Program-made: the position numbers and the translations under genes | Assembly: GCA_963709335.1 (NCBI GenBank) | Contig: CAVPWB010000009.1 | Location: 90,997-154,996, forward strand | Reading direction: 5' to 3' | DNA: 64,000 nt | Source: an uncultured Pseudomonadota bacterium | GTDB taxonomy: Bacteria > Pseudomonadota > Gammaproteobacteria > Burkholderiales > Casimicrobiaceae | Part shown: positions 40,407 through 49,605 of the stretch, piece by piece | Numbering within the stretch: position 1 is the first letter of the stretch | How the letters are laid out: each line of letters starts with the position of its first letter | The notes under the pieces: generated by a model | What the model was told of the DNA's origin: nothing | Seen by the model: only the letters and a program-made list of their open reading frames with translations | Database searches by the model: none

Positions 40407-41413
40407 GGCTTGCGCCCCCGCAGGCGCGCGCGCAGCGCGTCGAGTCCGCCAAGGATGCCGCCGTGGGCGAACAGCACGATGACGATGAGGAAGAAGCCGA
40501 TCCAGAATTGCCAGTAGACGGGGTCGATGCCCGACAGATAGTCCTGCGCGATCATGAAGATCGCCGCACCGACGAGGCCGCCGTACAGCCGACCCGTGCC
40601 GCCCATCACCAGCATGATCATCAACTCGGCCGAGCGCGGAAAGCCCAGCGTATCGATGCCGACGAACTGCGTCGTTTGCGCGAGCAGCGCGCCGGCGATG
40701 CCGGCGACGGCAGCGGCGAACGTGAAAATCGTCCGCAACCGCCGCGCCACCGGTGCACCGATCGCAGGCATCCGCTTGCCGCCCTCGCGCACGCCGCGCA
40801 GGCTCAAGCCGAACGGCGAATTCACGACGCGCCGGATCACGACGAACACGACGAACACGACAACGAGCGCGTACAGGTACGCAGTACGACCTCCGATGTC
40901 GAAGCGAAACAGGCCGAGGATCGGATCGATCGTCACACCGCTCAACCCGTCGACGCCACCGGTAATCGAATGCGCCTTGTTCGCCGCCTCCCACAGCATC
41001 AGCCCGATTCCGAGCGTCACCATCAGCCGCGTGAGATCGCCGCCACGCACGACGAGGAAGCTGACGGCGTAACCGGCGATGCCGGCGACGACCGCCGCCG
41101 CGGCAAGCCCCGACAGCGGCTCGTGCCAGCCATGCACGGCGAGCAGTCCCGCCGTATAGGCGCCGATGCCGAAAAACGCCGCGTGGCCGAGCGACACGAT
41201 GCCGGCGTAGCCGAGGATCAGGTCGAGCGAGACAGCGAACAGCGCGGTGATCAGTACTTGGCTGCCGAGCACGCGGTAGTTCGGCAGCAGGAAGAAGCAC
41301 GCGACCGGAATCACCCAGAACGCGATCTCGAGCGCACTCCAGCGACCGTCGGGCAGGCGTCCGACCGTTGTGGCCGCTTCCGATGCGCCAACGCGCGTTG
41401 CTGGAGCCGTCAT
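40403..41413 (-). CDS. livM: branched-chain amino acid ABC transporter permease (LivM type)
   Basis: 336 aa, polytopic. LILGYAGIVSLGHAAFFGIGAYT is typical of the LivM family. Confidence 0.85.
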   Translation of the reverse strand: MTAPATRVGASEAATTVGRLPDGRWSALEIAFWVIPVACFFLLPNYRVLGSQVLITALFAVSLDLILGYAGIVSLGHAAFFGIGAYTAGLLAVHGWHEPLSGLAAAAVVAGIAGYAVSFLVVRGGDLTRLMVTLGIGLMLWEAANKAHSITGGVDGLSGVTIDPILGLFRFDIGGRTAYLYALVVVFVVFVVIRRVVNSPFGLSLRGVREGGKRMPAIGAPVARRLRTIFTFAAAVAGIAGALLAQTTQFVGIDTLGFPRSAELMIMLVMGGTGRLYGGLVGAAIFMIAQDYLSGIDPVYWQFWIGFFLIVIVLFAHGGILGGLDALRARLRGRKP

Positions 41414-41424
41414 CGCGCGACCGT

Positions 41425-42291
41425 CTACGTCCGGCGGCCGTACAGGCCGGCCGGAAAGAGGATCAGCAGGACCACCATCAGCGCGTAGATGACGAAGCCG
41501 CCGATCTGGGGCAGATAGTATTTGCCGGCGACGTCGAACACGCCGAGGATCAGCGCCGCGACGAGCGGTCCCTTGATCGTGCCGGTGCCGCCCACGCTCA
41601 CCACCAACAGGAAGTACACCATGTATTTCAGCGGAAACGTGGGATCGAGCCCCAGCACGTCGATGCCGAGTCCGCCGCCCAACCCTGCAAGCCCCGAACC
41701 CAGCGCAAACGTGAGGGCAAACACGCGATTGACGTTGATGCCGAGGCCGGCCGCGGCCGTGGCATTGTCGACGCTCGCGCGCACCTGACTCCCGAACCTC
41801 GTCTTCTCGATGATGTACTGCAGCGCCACCGTCAGTGCCGCCACGACGACGATCAGGAAGATGCGGTAGACGCCGAAGTCAAGCCCGAGAAAGTGCACCT
41901 GGCCGCGCAGGTACGGCGGCAACGCCATCGGCTGTTGCGACGCGCCGAAGAAATACGTGGCGATCGCGATCGACATGAACACGAGACCGATCGAGAACAG
42001 CACCTGGTCGAGGTGACTCGACTTGTACAGTCGCTGGTAGAGAGTCCGCTCGAGGACGATGCCGACGACGGCCGCCGCAACGAACGCGATGGGCAGCGTC
42101 AGCAGGAACGGCACGCCGAGCCGTGTCATCAGAAGCACGCAGACGTAACCGCCGACCATCGCGAACGCACCGTGCGCGAGGTTGACGAAGTTCATCAGGC
42201 CGAGCGTCACCGACAGCCCGACGGCGATGATGAACAGCAGGCTGCCGTACGCCAACCCGTCGAACAGCACGCCGATGACGTTGCCGATCAC
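41425..42291 (-). CDS. livH: branched-chain amino acid ABC transporter permease (LivH type)
   Basis: 288 aa, polytopic. GLAYGSLLFIIAVGLSVTLGLMNFVNLAHGAF is typical of the LivH family. Confidence 0.85.
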   Translation of the reverse strand: MIGNVIGVLFDGLAYGSLLFIIAVGLSVTLGLMNFVNLAHGAFAMVGGYVCVLLMTRLGVPFLLTLPIAFVAAAVVGIVLERTLYQRLYKSSHLDQVLFSIGLVFMSIAIATYFFGASQQPMALPPYLRGQVHFLGLDFGVYRIFLIVVVAALTVALQYIIEKTRFGSQVRASVDNATAAAGLGINVNRVFALTFALGSGLAGLGGGLGIDVLGLDPTFPLKYMVYFLLVVSVGGTGTIKGPLVAALILGVFDVAGKYYLPQIGGFVIYALMVVLLILFPAGLYGRRT

Positions 42292-42319
42292 GGCGGGCTC
42301 GCGACGGTTCCGGCCGGGG

Positions 42320-43495
42320 TTACTTGCCGGGGTCCTTGACGTCGGCGATCTTGTCGAACTCGACGTTGGCGAGCTTGCCGTTCTTCTTCTCGACCTTGCG
42401 GATGTACACGGTCTGCGTGATGTCGCGCGTGTCGGCGTCGATCGCCACCGGACCGCGCGGGCTCGTCCACTTCATCCCCTTGATCACCGCCATCGCCTTG
42501 TCGCCGTCGATGTTGCCACCGAGCTTCTTGGCAACTTCGTAGATGACCTGCATCGTGTCGTAGCCGGCGGCGGCCATGAAGTTCGGCGCACCGAGCTTCG
42601 CGTCGTTCGCGTCGGCGTAAGCCTTCAGGAACGCCGCATTTTCGGGTGAGTCGTGGGCGGCCGAATAGTGGAACGATGTGATGAGTCCGAGCGTGGGATC
42701 GCCCATCGCCGCAAGCACGTGGTCGTCGGTGATGTCACCTGTGGCTATCAACTTGATGCCCGCCGCAGCGAGCCCGCGCTCGTTGAAGCCCTTGACGAAC
42801 GAGATGCCCTGCTCGCCGGCCGGCAGGAACACGAACACCGCCTGCGGCTTCGCATCCTTCACGCGCTGGATCGCCGCGGAGAAATCGGGATTCTGCAACG
42901 GCGTGCGCAGCGTGCCGACAACCTCACCGCCGCCCGCCTTGAACGACTTCGTGAACTGCGTCTCGGCGTCGATGCCGGGGCCGTAGTCGGCCACGACGGT
43001 GTACACCTGCTTGATGCCGTTCTTCAGCGCCCACTCGGCCATCGGTGCGCTGACCTGCGGGATCGTCATCGAGACGCGCGTCACGTACGGCGACTTGGTC
43101 GTTATCGACGACGTCGCCGCGTTGGAGATGATCATCGGGACCTTCGCCTCGGTGACGACGGGTGCCACCGCCATCGCGTTGGGCGTGAGACCGAAGCCGG
43201 CCAGGAACTGCACCTGGTCGCGCGTGATCAGCTCCTGCGCGAAGCGCTTCGCCACGTCGGGGGCCGGCCCCTTCGTATCGCGGGTGATGAGCTCGATTTT
43301 CTTGCCGGCGACCGTATCGCCGTGCTGCTTCATGTAGGCCTTCATGCCGGCCTCGATCTGCGCACCGTAGTCGGCGAATGGACCCGAGAACTCGGCGATC
43401 ACGCCGACCTTGATCGTGTTTTGCGCATACGCCGGTGCAAGTGCCGCGAGACCCGCGGCGGCAAACGCGATGGTGCGGAGCAATTTGTGCGACAT
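42320..43495 (-). CDS. ABC transporter periplasmic substrate-binding protein (LivJ/K-like, type 1 PBP)
   Basis: ORF 42320..43693 trimmed to the ATG at 43495-43493. Signal peptide [24 protein letters not shown]|[22 protein letters not shown]. Confidence 0.85.
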   Translation of the reverse strand: MSHKLLRTIAFAAAGLAALAPAYAQNTIKVGVIAEFSGPFADYGAQIEAGMKAYMKQHGDTVAGKKIELITRDTKGPAPDVAKRFAQELITRDQVQFLAGFGLTPNAMAVAPVVTEAKVPMIISNAATSSITTKSPYVTRVSMTIPQVSAPMAEWALKNGIKQVYTVVADYGPGIDAETQFTKSFKAGGGEVVGTLRTPLQNPDFSAAIQRVKDAKPQAVFVFLPAGEQGISFVKGFNERGLAAAGIKLIATGDITDDHVLAAMGDPTLGLITSFHYSAAHDSPENAAFLKAYADANDAKLGAPNFMAAAGYDTMQVIYEVAKKLGGNIDGDKAMAVIKGMKWTSPRGPVAIDADTRDITQTVYIRKVEKKNGKLANVEFDKIADVKDPGK

Positions 43496-43667
43496 GGAGG
43501 ATCCCCGTCTGGCGTCGATGCGGTACCGGGAAGCCCGGCACTCCCCACGGCCTTCGTCGCCGGAACCGCGCCGAGCGCCCGACCGGCCATTGGGGGGCGA
43601 GCATACTACAATCAGCCGTCGCAACCGGGCATGCGGCCCGGCGCTCGCGCGAGGAGATTGCAACGAC

Positions 43668-44714
43668 ATGGTGTTCACTGCTCCACGCAGCACGCCCGAG
43701 CGCGAGGCGTTCTACCAGCGTATCGACGCGCAGCACCTGACGCCGCTGTGGGACGTGCTCGGCGATCTCGTGATCCCGCAGCCGCGCACGCCGTGCGTGC
43801 CTGCGCTATGGCGCTTCGACGACGTTCGACCGCACATCATCGAGGCCGGCCGCCTGATCTCGGCGAAGGAGGCGGAGCGGCGCGTGCTCGTGCTCGAGAA
43901 TCCCGGCCTGCGTGGTGAATCGAGCATCACGCGGACGCTCTATTGCGGCCTGCAGCTGATCCTGCCCGGCGAAGTGGCGCCGAGCCACCGGCACACGCAG
44001 ACGGCGTTGCGCTTCGTCGTCGATGGTGAAGGCGCGTACACCGCCGTCGACGGCGAGCGCACGACGATGCATCCAGGCGATTTCATCATCACGCCGTCGG
44101 GATCCTGGCACGATCACGGCAACCTCGGCGACCAGCCGGTCATCTGGATGGATGGCCTCGACATACCCTTGATTCGCCAGCTCGACGCCGGCTTTGCCGA
44201 ACGCTATCCCGAGGAAACGCAGCCGGTCAGCAGGATGGAGGGCGACGCGATGCTGCGCTATGGCACGAACATGGTGCCCGTCGATTACGAGCCGAGCTCG
44301 CTGACGAGTCCGCTGTTCGCCTATCCGTATGCGCGGAGCCGCGACGTGCTCGAGAAATTGCGGCGCGACGGTGCCACTCATCCGTTGCACGGGCTCAAGA
44401 TGCAGTACGTCAATCCCGTCACGGGCAGTTATCCGATGCCGACGATCGCCGCCTTCATTCAGCTGTTGCCGAAGGGATTCGCAGGTGCTCCCTATCGATC
44501 GACGGACGGAACGGTATTCACCGTGGTCGAGGGTCGCGGCCGGAGCGTCGTCGGCGACGTGACGTTCGATTGGGGACCGCGGGATATCTTCGTCGTACCG
44601 TCGTGGACGCCGGTGCGGCATCACGCGGTCGACGATGCCGTGCTGTTCAGCTATTCCGATCGTCCGGTGCAGAAAGTGCTGGGACTGTGGCGCGAAGAAG
44701 CGCTTGCGGCCTAG
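43668..44714 (+). CDS. gentisate 1,2-dioxygenase-like bicupin dioxygenase
   Basis: ORF 43410..44714 trimmed to the ATG at 43668 (SD gaggag upstream). [36 protein letters not shown]...[16 protein letters not shown] is the GDO metal-binding cupin signature. A second cupin follows at the C-terminus. Confidence 0.75.
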   Translation: MVFTAPRSTPEREAFYQRIDAQHLTPLWDVLGDLVIPQPRTPCVPALWRFDDVRPHIIEAGRLISAKEAERRVLVLENPGLRGESSITRTLYCGLQLILPGEVAPSHRHTQTALRFVVDGEGAYTAVDGERTTMHPGDFIITPSGSWHDHGNLGDQPVIWMDGLDIPLIRQLDAGFAERYPEETQPVSRMEGDAMLRYGTNMVPVDYEPSSLTSPLFAYPYARSRDVLEKLRRDGATHPLHGLKMQYVNPVTGSYPMPTIAAFIQLLPKGFAGAPYRSTDGTVFTVVEGRGRSVVGDVTFDWGPRDIFVVPSWTPVRHHAVDDAVLFSYSDRPVQKVLGLWREEALAA

Positions 44715-44751
44715 CGCCGATCAGCTTCCGCTCAGCACGGCACGGAAGTCG

Positions 44752-45987
44752 TTGACGTCCCGCACCGATCCCCTGCGCCGGCTGCTCGTCGCGCGAGGCC
44801 TGCGTGCATTCGGCGACGGTTACATCAGCCTGCTGCTGCCGGTGTACCTGCTGTCGCTCGGCTTTTCCGCATTCGACGTCGGCATCATCGCAACGGCCAC
44901 GCTGCTCGGATCGGGGGCGCTGACGCTGCTGCTCGGCCTCTGCGCCCACCGGTTCCGGACGCGGTCGCTACTCCTGGCCGCCGCAGCGCTGATGGCGGCC
45001 ACCGGGATCAGCTTCGTCGCGGTCACCGCCTTCTGGCCGCTCGTCGTCGTCGCCGTCTTCGGCACGCTCAATCCGTCGAGCGGCGACGTCAGCGTATTCC
45101 TGCCGCTCGAGCACGCGATGCTGGCGCACGTCGCACCCGAGAAGCAACGCACGTCGTGGTTCGCGCGCTACAGCCTCGTCGGCGCGCTGATGGGCGCCGG
45201 CGGTGCTGTCTGCGCCGGACTGCCGGAGTGGCTCGCGTCCGCAGGTCTCGCGCATGCAACGGCGCTGAAGGCGATGTTCGTGCTGTATGCGCTGCTCGGC
45301 GCGGCATGCGCGCTCGTATACCGGCGGTTGCCCGCCCCGCCTCCCGCGACGACTGACTCGACCGCCGGACCGCTGCGCCACAGCCGGCGCATCGTATTCA
45401 CGCTTGCAGCGCTCTTCAGCCTCGATGCGTTCGCCGGCGGATTGATCGTCCAGTCGCTGCTCGCATTGTGGCTGCTCGAGCGGTTCGCATTGTCCGTCGC
45501 GGCGGCCGGCGTCATCTTCTTCTGGACCGGCGTGCTGTCGGCATTCTCGTACCTCGTCGCCGTGCGCATCGCTAATCGCATCGGCCTCGTGTACACGATG
45601 GTGTTCACGCACCTGCCCTCGAGCGTGCTGCTGATCCTCGTTCCATTCGCGCCGAATCTCGCCACGTGCATCGGCCTTCTGCTGCTGCGCAGCGCGCTTT
45701 CGCAGATGGACGTTCCGACACGAAGCGCCTTCGTGATGTCCGTGGTGCCACCCGCCGAGCGCGCGGCAGCCGCCAGCGTGACATCCGTGCCACGCAGCCT
45801 CGCGTCGGCGACCGGACCGCTGTTCGCCGGCTACCTGTTGACGCTGTCGGGTTTCGGCTGGCCACTCGTCGCCGCAGGCGTGCTGAAGATCGTCTACGAC
45901 CTGCTGCTGCTCGCGTTCTGCCGCACGTTACCCGCACAGCGTCCGCCGCCGCTGACGCCGCCGCGTCGGGAAGTCGGCGACGTGTAA
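44752..45987 (+). CDS. MFS transporter
   Basis: Polytopic, about 12 TM segments. ORF 44635..45987 overlaps the previous gene, and no in-frame ATG lies after its stop. I chose the TTG at 44752 (LTSRTDPLRRLLVARGLRAFGDGY...) tentatively. Confidence 0.65.
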   Translation: MTSRTDPLRRLLVARGLRAFGDGYISLLLPVYLLSLGFSAFDVGIIATATLLGSGALTLLLGLCAHRFRTRSLLLAAAALMAATGISFVAVTAFWPLVVVAVFGTLNPSSGDVSVFLPLEHAMLAHVAPEKQRTSWFARYSLVGALMGAGGAVCAGLPEWLASAGLAHATALKAMFVLYALLGAACALVYRRLPAPPPATTDSTAGPLRHSRRIVFTLAALFSLDAFAGGLIVQSLLALWLLERFALSVAAAGVIFFWTGVLSAFSYLVAVRIANRIGLVYTMVFTHLPSSVLLILVPFAPNLATCIGLLLLRSALSQMDVPTRSAFVMSVVPPAERAAAASVTSVPRSLASATGPLFAGYLLTLSGFGWPLVAAGVLKIVYDLLLLAFCRTLPAQRPPPLTPPRREVGDV

Positions 45988-45998
45988 CATTCACGACG

Positions 45999-47216
45999 AT
46001 GTCACATGGTGAAGCCGATTCGGCGTCCGCGTGGATTCGTCTCGCAATAACGCTGGCGCTCTCGACGATCGGCGGCGTCGGCATGTGGTCCGTCGTCGTC
46101 GCCCTGCCCGCGGTTCAGACGGAATTCGGTGTCGCGCGCGCCGATGCGTCGCTGCCGTACACGCTGACCATGATTTCATTCGGCCTCGCCGGCATCGCGA
46201 TGGGCCGACTGTCCGATCGGTTCGGCGTGATGACGCCAGTGATGCTCGGCACGTTGCTGCTCGCGCTCGGCTACGTGGCCGCCAGCTACGCACCGTCGCT
46301 TGGCACGTACACGCTCGCGCAGGGCGCGCTGATCGGCGCCGGCAGCTCGGCGACGTTCGCGCCGCTCATCGCCCACACGTCGCTGTGGTTCGTGCGCCGG
46401 CGCGGCATCGCGGTTGCGATCTTCGCCAGCGGCAACTACCTCGCAGGCGCGCTATGGCCGCCGGTCGTCGAGCATTTCATCCGTACCGACGGATGGCGTC
46501 ACACATACCTGGGCATCGCAGTCTTCTGCGTCGCGACGCTGGTGCCGCTCACGCTGTTGCTGCGGAAAAAGCCGCCGCTCGGCGACGGCACAGGCGCGAC
46601 GGTCACCACGCGCAAGCTGTCGCCGGAGTCGCTCGGGCTGTCGGCCAGAGGGCTGCAGTCCCTGCTGATCATCGCCGGACTGTCATGCTGCGTTGCGATG
46701 GCGATGCCGCAGGTGCACCTCGTCGCGTATTGCAGCGACCTGGGCTACGGTCCGGCGCGTGGAGCGGAGATGCTGTCGCTGATGCTCGCGTGCGGCATCG
46801 TCAGCCGCCTGGTGTTCGGCGGCATCTGCGACCGGATCGGCGGCCTGCGTACGCTGCTGCTCGGCTCGGTGCTTCAGGGCACGGCGCTGCTGCTGTTCCT
46901 GCCGTTCAACGGCCTCGTGTCGCTGTACGTAATTTCGGCGCTGTTCGGACTGTTCCAGGGTGGCCTCGTGTCGACGTACCCGATCATCATCCGCGAATTT
47001 TTCGATCGTGCGGAAGCGGGCGCGCGCGTGGCGACGGTCATCATGGCCACGCTGTTCGGCATGGCGCTGGGCGGCTGGATGTCCGGCGCGATATTCGACG
47101 TCACCGGCTCGTATCGCGCGGCGTTCCTGAACGGCAGTGCGTGGAACCTCGTCAACGTGTCGATCGTGGCGTGGCTGTTGCGGCGTTCGATTCGGCCGCG
47201 GGCGTTCGCAGCGTAG
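45999..47216 (+). CDS. MFS transporter (oxalate/formate-antiporter-like architecture)
   Basis: ORF 45666..47216 trimmed to the ATG at 45999 (MSHGEADSASAWIRLAITLALSTIGGVGMWS...). 12-TM pattern with GRLSDRFG loop motif. 11 nt after the preceding MFS gene. Confidence 0.8.
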   Translation: MSHGEADSASAWIRLAITLALSTIGGVGMWSVVVALPAVQTEFGVARADASLPYTLTMISFGLAGIAMGRLSDRFGVMTPVMLGTLLLALGYVAASYAPSLGTYTLAQGALIGAGSSATFAPLIAHTSLWFVRRRGIAVAIFASGNYLAGALWPPVVEHFIRTDGWRHTYLGIAVFCVATLVPLTLLLRKKPPLGDGTGATVTTRKLSPESLGLSARGLQSLLIIAGLSCCVAMAMPQVHLVAYCSDLGYGPARGAEMLSLMLACGIVSRLVFGGICDRIGGLRTLLLGSVLQGTALLLFLPFNGLVSLYVISALFGLFQGGLVSTYPIIIREFFDRAEAGARVATVIMATLFGMALGGWMSGAIFDVTGSYRAAFLNGSAWNLVNVSIVAWLLRRSIRPRAFAA

Positions 47217-47227
47217 GCCTGCGCTGC
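47208..47227. terminator. weak hairpin between convergent MFS and aldo/keto reductase genes
   Basis: GCAGCG-taggcctg-CGCTGC followed by ttt. It overlaps both gene ends. Short stem, so low confidence. Confidence 0.25.
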
Positions 47228-47228
47228 T

Positions 47229-48176
47229 TTACGCGCTCGCCTGATCGAGCGCGCGCACCGCATCCGCGTCGAGCCGCAGGCGCGTGGCGGCAATGAGCTC
47301 GCCCAGCTGCTCGACCGACGTCGCGCTCGCGATGGGTGCCGTGAGTCCGGGACGGTCGATGAGCCACGCCAGCGCGACTGCGGCCGGCGTCGCATGCTTG
47401 TCGGCCGCGACGCGATCGAGCGCCGCGAGAATGCGCAGACCGCGCGGATTCAGGTACTTCGACATGCCCCCGCCCCGGGCACTCTTCGCGAAGTCGGCCT
47501 CCGACCGGTACTTGCCGGTGAGAAAGCCGGCCGCGAGCGCGAAGTAACTGATGACGCCGATGCCCTCCCGGATGCACAGGCTGGCGAGCGGCCCTTCGAA
47601 TGTCGCGCGATCGTAGAGGTTGTAGGGCGGCTGCAGCGTCAGGTAGCGCGGGAGGCCGTTGCGGGCACTGACGTCGAGCGCCTGCTGCAAGCGATCGGCG
47701 GACAGGTTCGACGCCCCGATCGCCCTGACCTTCCCCTGTGCGATCAGCGTCGCATAGGCCTCGAGCGTTTCGTCCAGCGGCGTTGTCTCGTCGTCCCAGT
47801 GCGACTGGTAGAGATCGATCGCGTCGACCTGCAGACGCCGCAGCGACGCCTCGGCCGCCTGCAGGATGTAGTCCTTGCGCAGGCACTTGCGGCCAAGCCC
47901 CATGTCGGAGCCTACTTTCGTCGCGATGACGACGTCGTCGTGGCGACCCCGCGCCGCGATCCAGCGGCCGATGATCGTTTCCGACTCGCCGCCCTGGTGG
48001 CCGGTGACCCAGCGCGAATACGAATCGGCCGTGTCGATCAGGTTGAAGCCGGCGTCGACGAACGCGTCGAGCAGACGGAACGACGTCGCTTCGTCGACGG
48101 TCCAGCCGAACACGTTGCCGCCGAACGCAAGGGGCGCGACGTCGAATCCGGTATTGCCAAGCTTGCGACGATTCAT
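47229..48176 (-). CDS. aldo/keto reductase
   Basis: 315 aa: MNRRKLGNTGFDVAPLAFGGNVFG...LIDTADSYS...GASN. ATG 48176-48174 overlaps the stop of the upstream UDG-fusion gene (ATGA). Confidence 0.85.
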   Translation of the reverse strand: MNRRKLGNTGFDVAPLAFGGNVFGWTVDEATSFRLLDAFVDAGFNLIDTADSYSRWVTGHQGGESETIIGRWIAARGRHDDVVIATKVGSDMGLGRKCLRKDYILQAAEASLRRLQVDAIDLYQSHWDDETTPLDETLEAYATLIAQGKVRAIGASNLSADRLQQALDVSARNGLPRYLTLQPPYNLYDRATFEGPLASLCIREGIGVISYFALAAGFLTGKYRSEADFAKSARGGGMSKYLNPRGLRILAALDRVAADKHATPAAVALAWLIDRPGLTAPIASATSVEQLGELIAATRLRLDADAVRALDQASA

Positions 48177-49597
48177 CCAACTCCTCCTGGAATGGGCGGC
48201 GCGAGTGCAGCGGCGCGTCGCAAGTCATCGACCAGCGTTTGCAGCAACGCTGTTCGGGCAGCATCATCCGGCGCACGCAGGATCGCTGCCGGATGATACG
48301 TCGCGACCAGTCGGCGACCCTCGGCAAGCTGCAAGGGTCGTGCACGCGCCGCGGCGATCGCCATCTTCTGACCCGTCAGCGCGAAGAGCGCACTCGCGCC
48401 GAGCGCCACGACGACGCGCGGCTTCACGTGGCGCATTTCGTCGTCGAGCCAGTGCCGGCACGCGGCCACCGCCTGTTGCGACGGCGTCTTGTGAATCCGG
48501 CGCTTGCCGCGCGGCTCCCAATTGAAATGCTTGACGGCGTTGGTGATGTAGACGTCGTCCGCGGCGATACCGGCGCGTTCGAGCGCATTGCGCAGCAGCT
48601 TGCCGGCAGGCCCGACGAAGGGCTCGCCCGCGAGATCCTCCGCGTCGCCGGGTTGCTCGCCGACGAGCATCAATGCGGCGCGCGGCGGGCCCTTGCCGTT
48701 GACACCTTGCGTCGCTCGTTCCCACAACGGACAGCGGCGACAGCCATCGATGTCGGCTTTCGTCGGTGCTGCATCGCCCGGTGCGCGGGCAGCGACAGGC
48801 GCCGGCTCACGCGCCTGCGTGCGTGGGAGCCTGGGCGCCGACACAGTCTCGACCATCCGGCCAGCCCGCTGCGACGCCATGGCAACGAGCTCCGGAATTC
48901 GCGTCGCCTCCGGCAGGTTCGCCCAATATTTCTGCGGCATCTCCTTCTGCATCGCGCGAACGTTGAGACGTGCAGGATTGAAGATGCTCTCGTAGTAAAG
49001 AAGCCACAGCGCTTCCTTCGCGTCGTGCGCAGGACGCGCGATCGACGCGTCGTACGGCAGCAGCGCGAGCGCCGAACGATCCCAGTGCGCGATGCCGTCC
49101 GGCGTGACGATCGTCCAGACCATCGTCGCGAAGCGCTTGACGAAAAACGGTGCCGTCCGTGCGACGATGCGGTGCGAAGGCTCGTACCAGGCAATCCACG
49201 TCGACTCCGCGGCGCCTTCATCGCGCACTTCGCGAAAACGGACGAACGCCGTCATCTTGTGGCTGTCGAGTCGAACCGCGCGCACCATTCGCGCAACGAC
49301 GCGCACGTCGTCATCGGCGGCATCGTCGAGCAAACGCGGCTCTCCGTGGGTCACCCGCCACAGCAGCCGGTACATGACGTAAAACCGACGCTCGTCGCGG
49401 TGGCACGCCGCGGTCTCCAGCATTTCGTAGAGCTGCTGCGAGATGCGAAACGAGCCGGCGTCGCCGCTGCTCGCGACGGGGTCCGGCGCAGCGAGCACAG
49501 GCCTCTGGCGCGCATCGTCCCACTGGGCGTGCTCGGGCGCGACACCCGCTGCAAGCAGCGTACGAGCCCTTGCACGCCAGTCTGCGAATTCGTTCAC
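48173..49597 (-). CDS. DUF4130-type domain fused to a family-4/UdgX-like uracil-DNA glycosylase domain (TIGR03915/TIGR03914-like partner of the radical SAM protein)
   Basis: ORF 48173..49984 is over-extended into the upstream gene. I chose the in-frame GTG at 49597 (VNEFADWRARARTLLAAGV...), 8 nt after the radical SAM stop. DUF4130-like region KMTAFVRFREV...WIAWYEPSHRIV. UDG part CRRCPLW, LVGEQPGDAEDLAGEPFVGPAG, GKRRIHKTP, YHPAAILR. Confidence 0.8.
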   Translation of the reverse strand: MNEFADWRARARTLLAAGVAPEHAQWDDARQRPVLAAPDPVASSGDAGSFRISQQLYEMLETAACHRDERRFYVMYRLLWRVTHGEPRLLDDAADDDVRVVARMVRAVRLDSHKMTAFVRFREVRDEGAAESTWIAWYEPSHRIVARTAPFFVKRFATMVWTIVTPDGIAHWDRSALALLPYDASIARPAHDAKEALWLLYYESIFNPARLNVRAMQKEMPQKYWANLPEATRIPELVAMASQRAGRMVETVSAPRLPRTQAREPAPVAARAPGDAAPTKADIDGCRRCPLWERATQGVNGKGPPRAALMLVGEQPGDAEDLAGEPFVGPAGKLLRNALERAGIAADDVYITNAVKHFNWEPRGKRRIHKTPSQQAVAACRHWLDDEMRHVKPRVVVALGASALFALTGQKMAIAAARARPLQLAEGRRLVATYHPAAILRAPDDAARTALLQTLVDDLRRAAALAPPIPGGVG

Positions 49598-49605
49598 CGC
49601 ACTTG

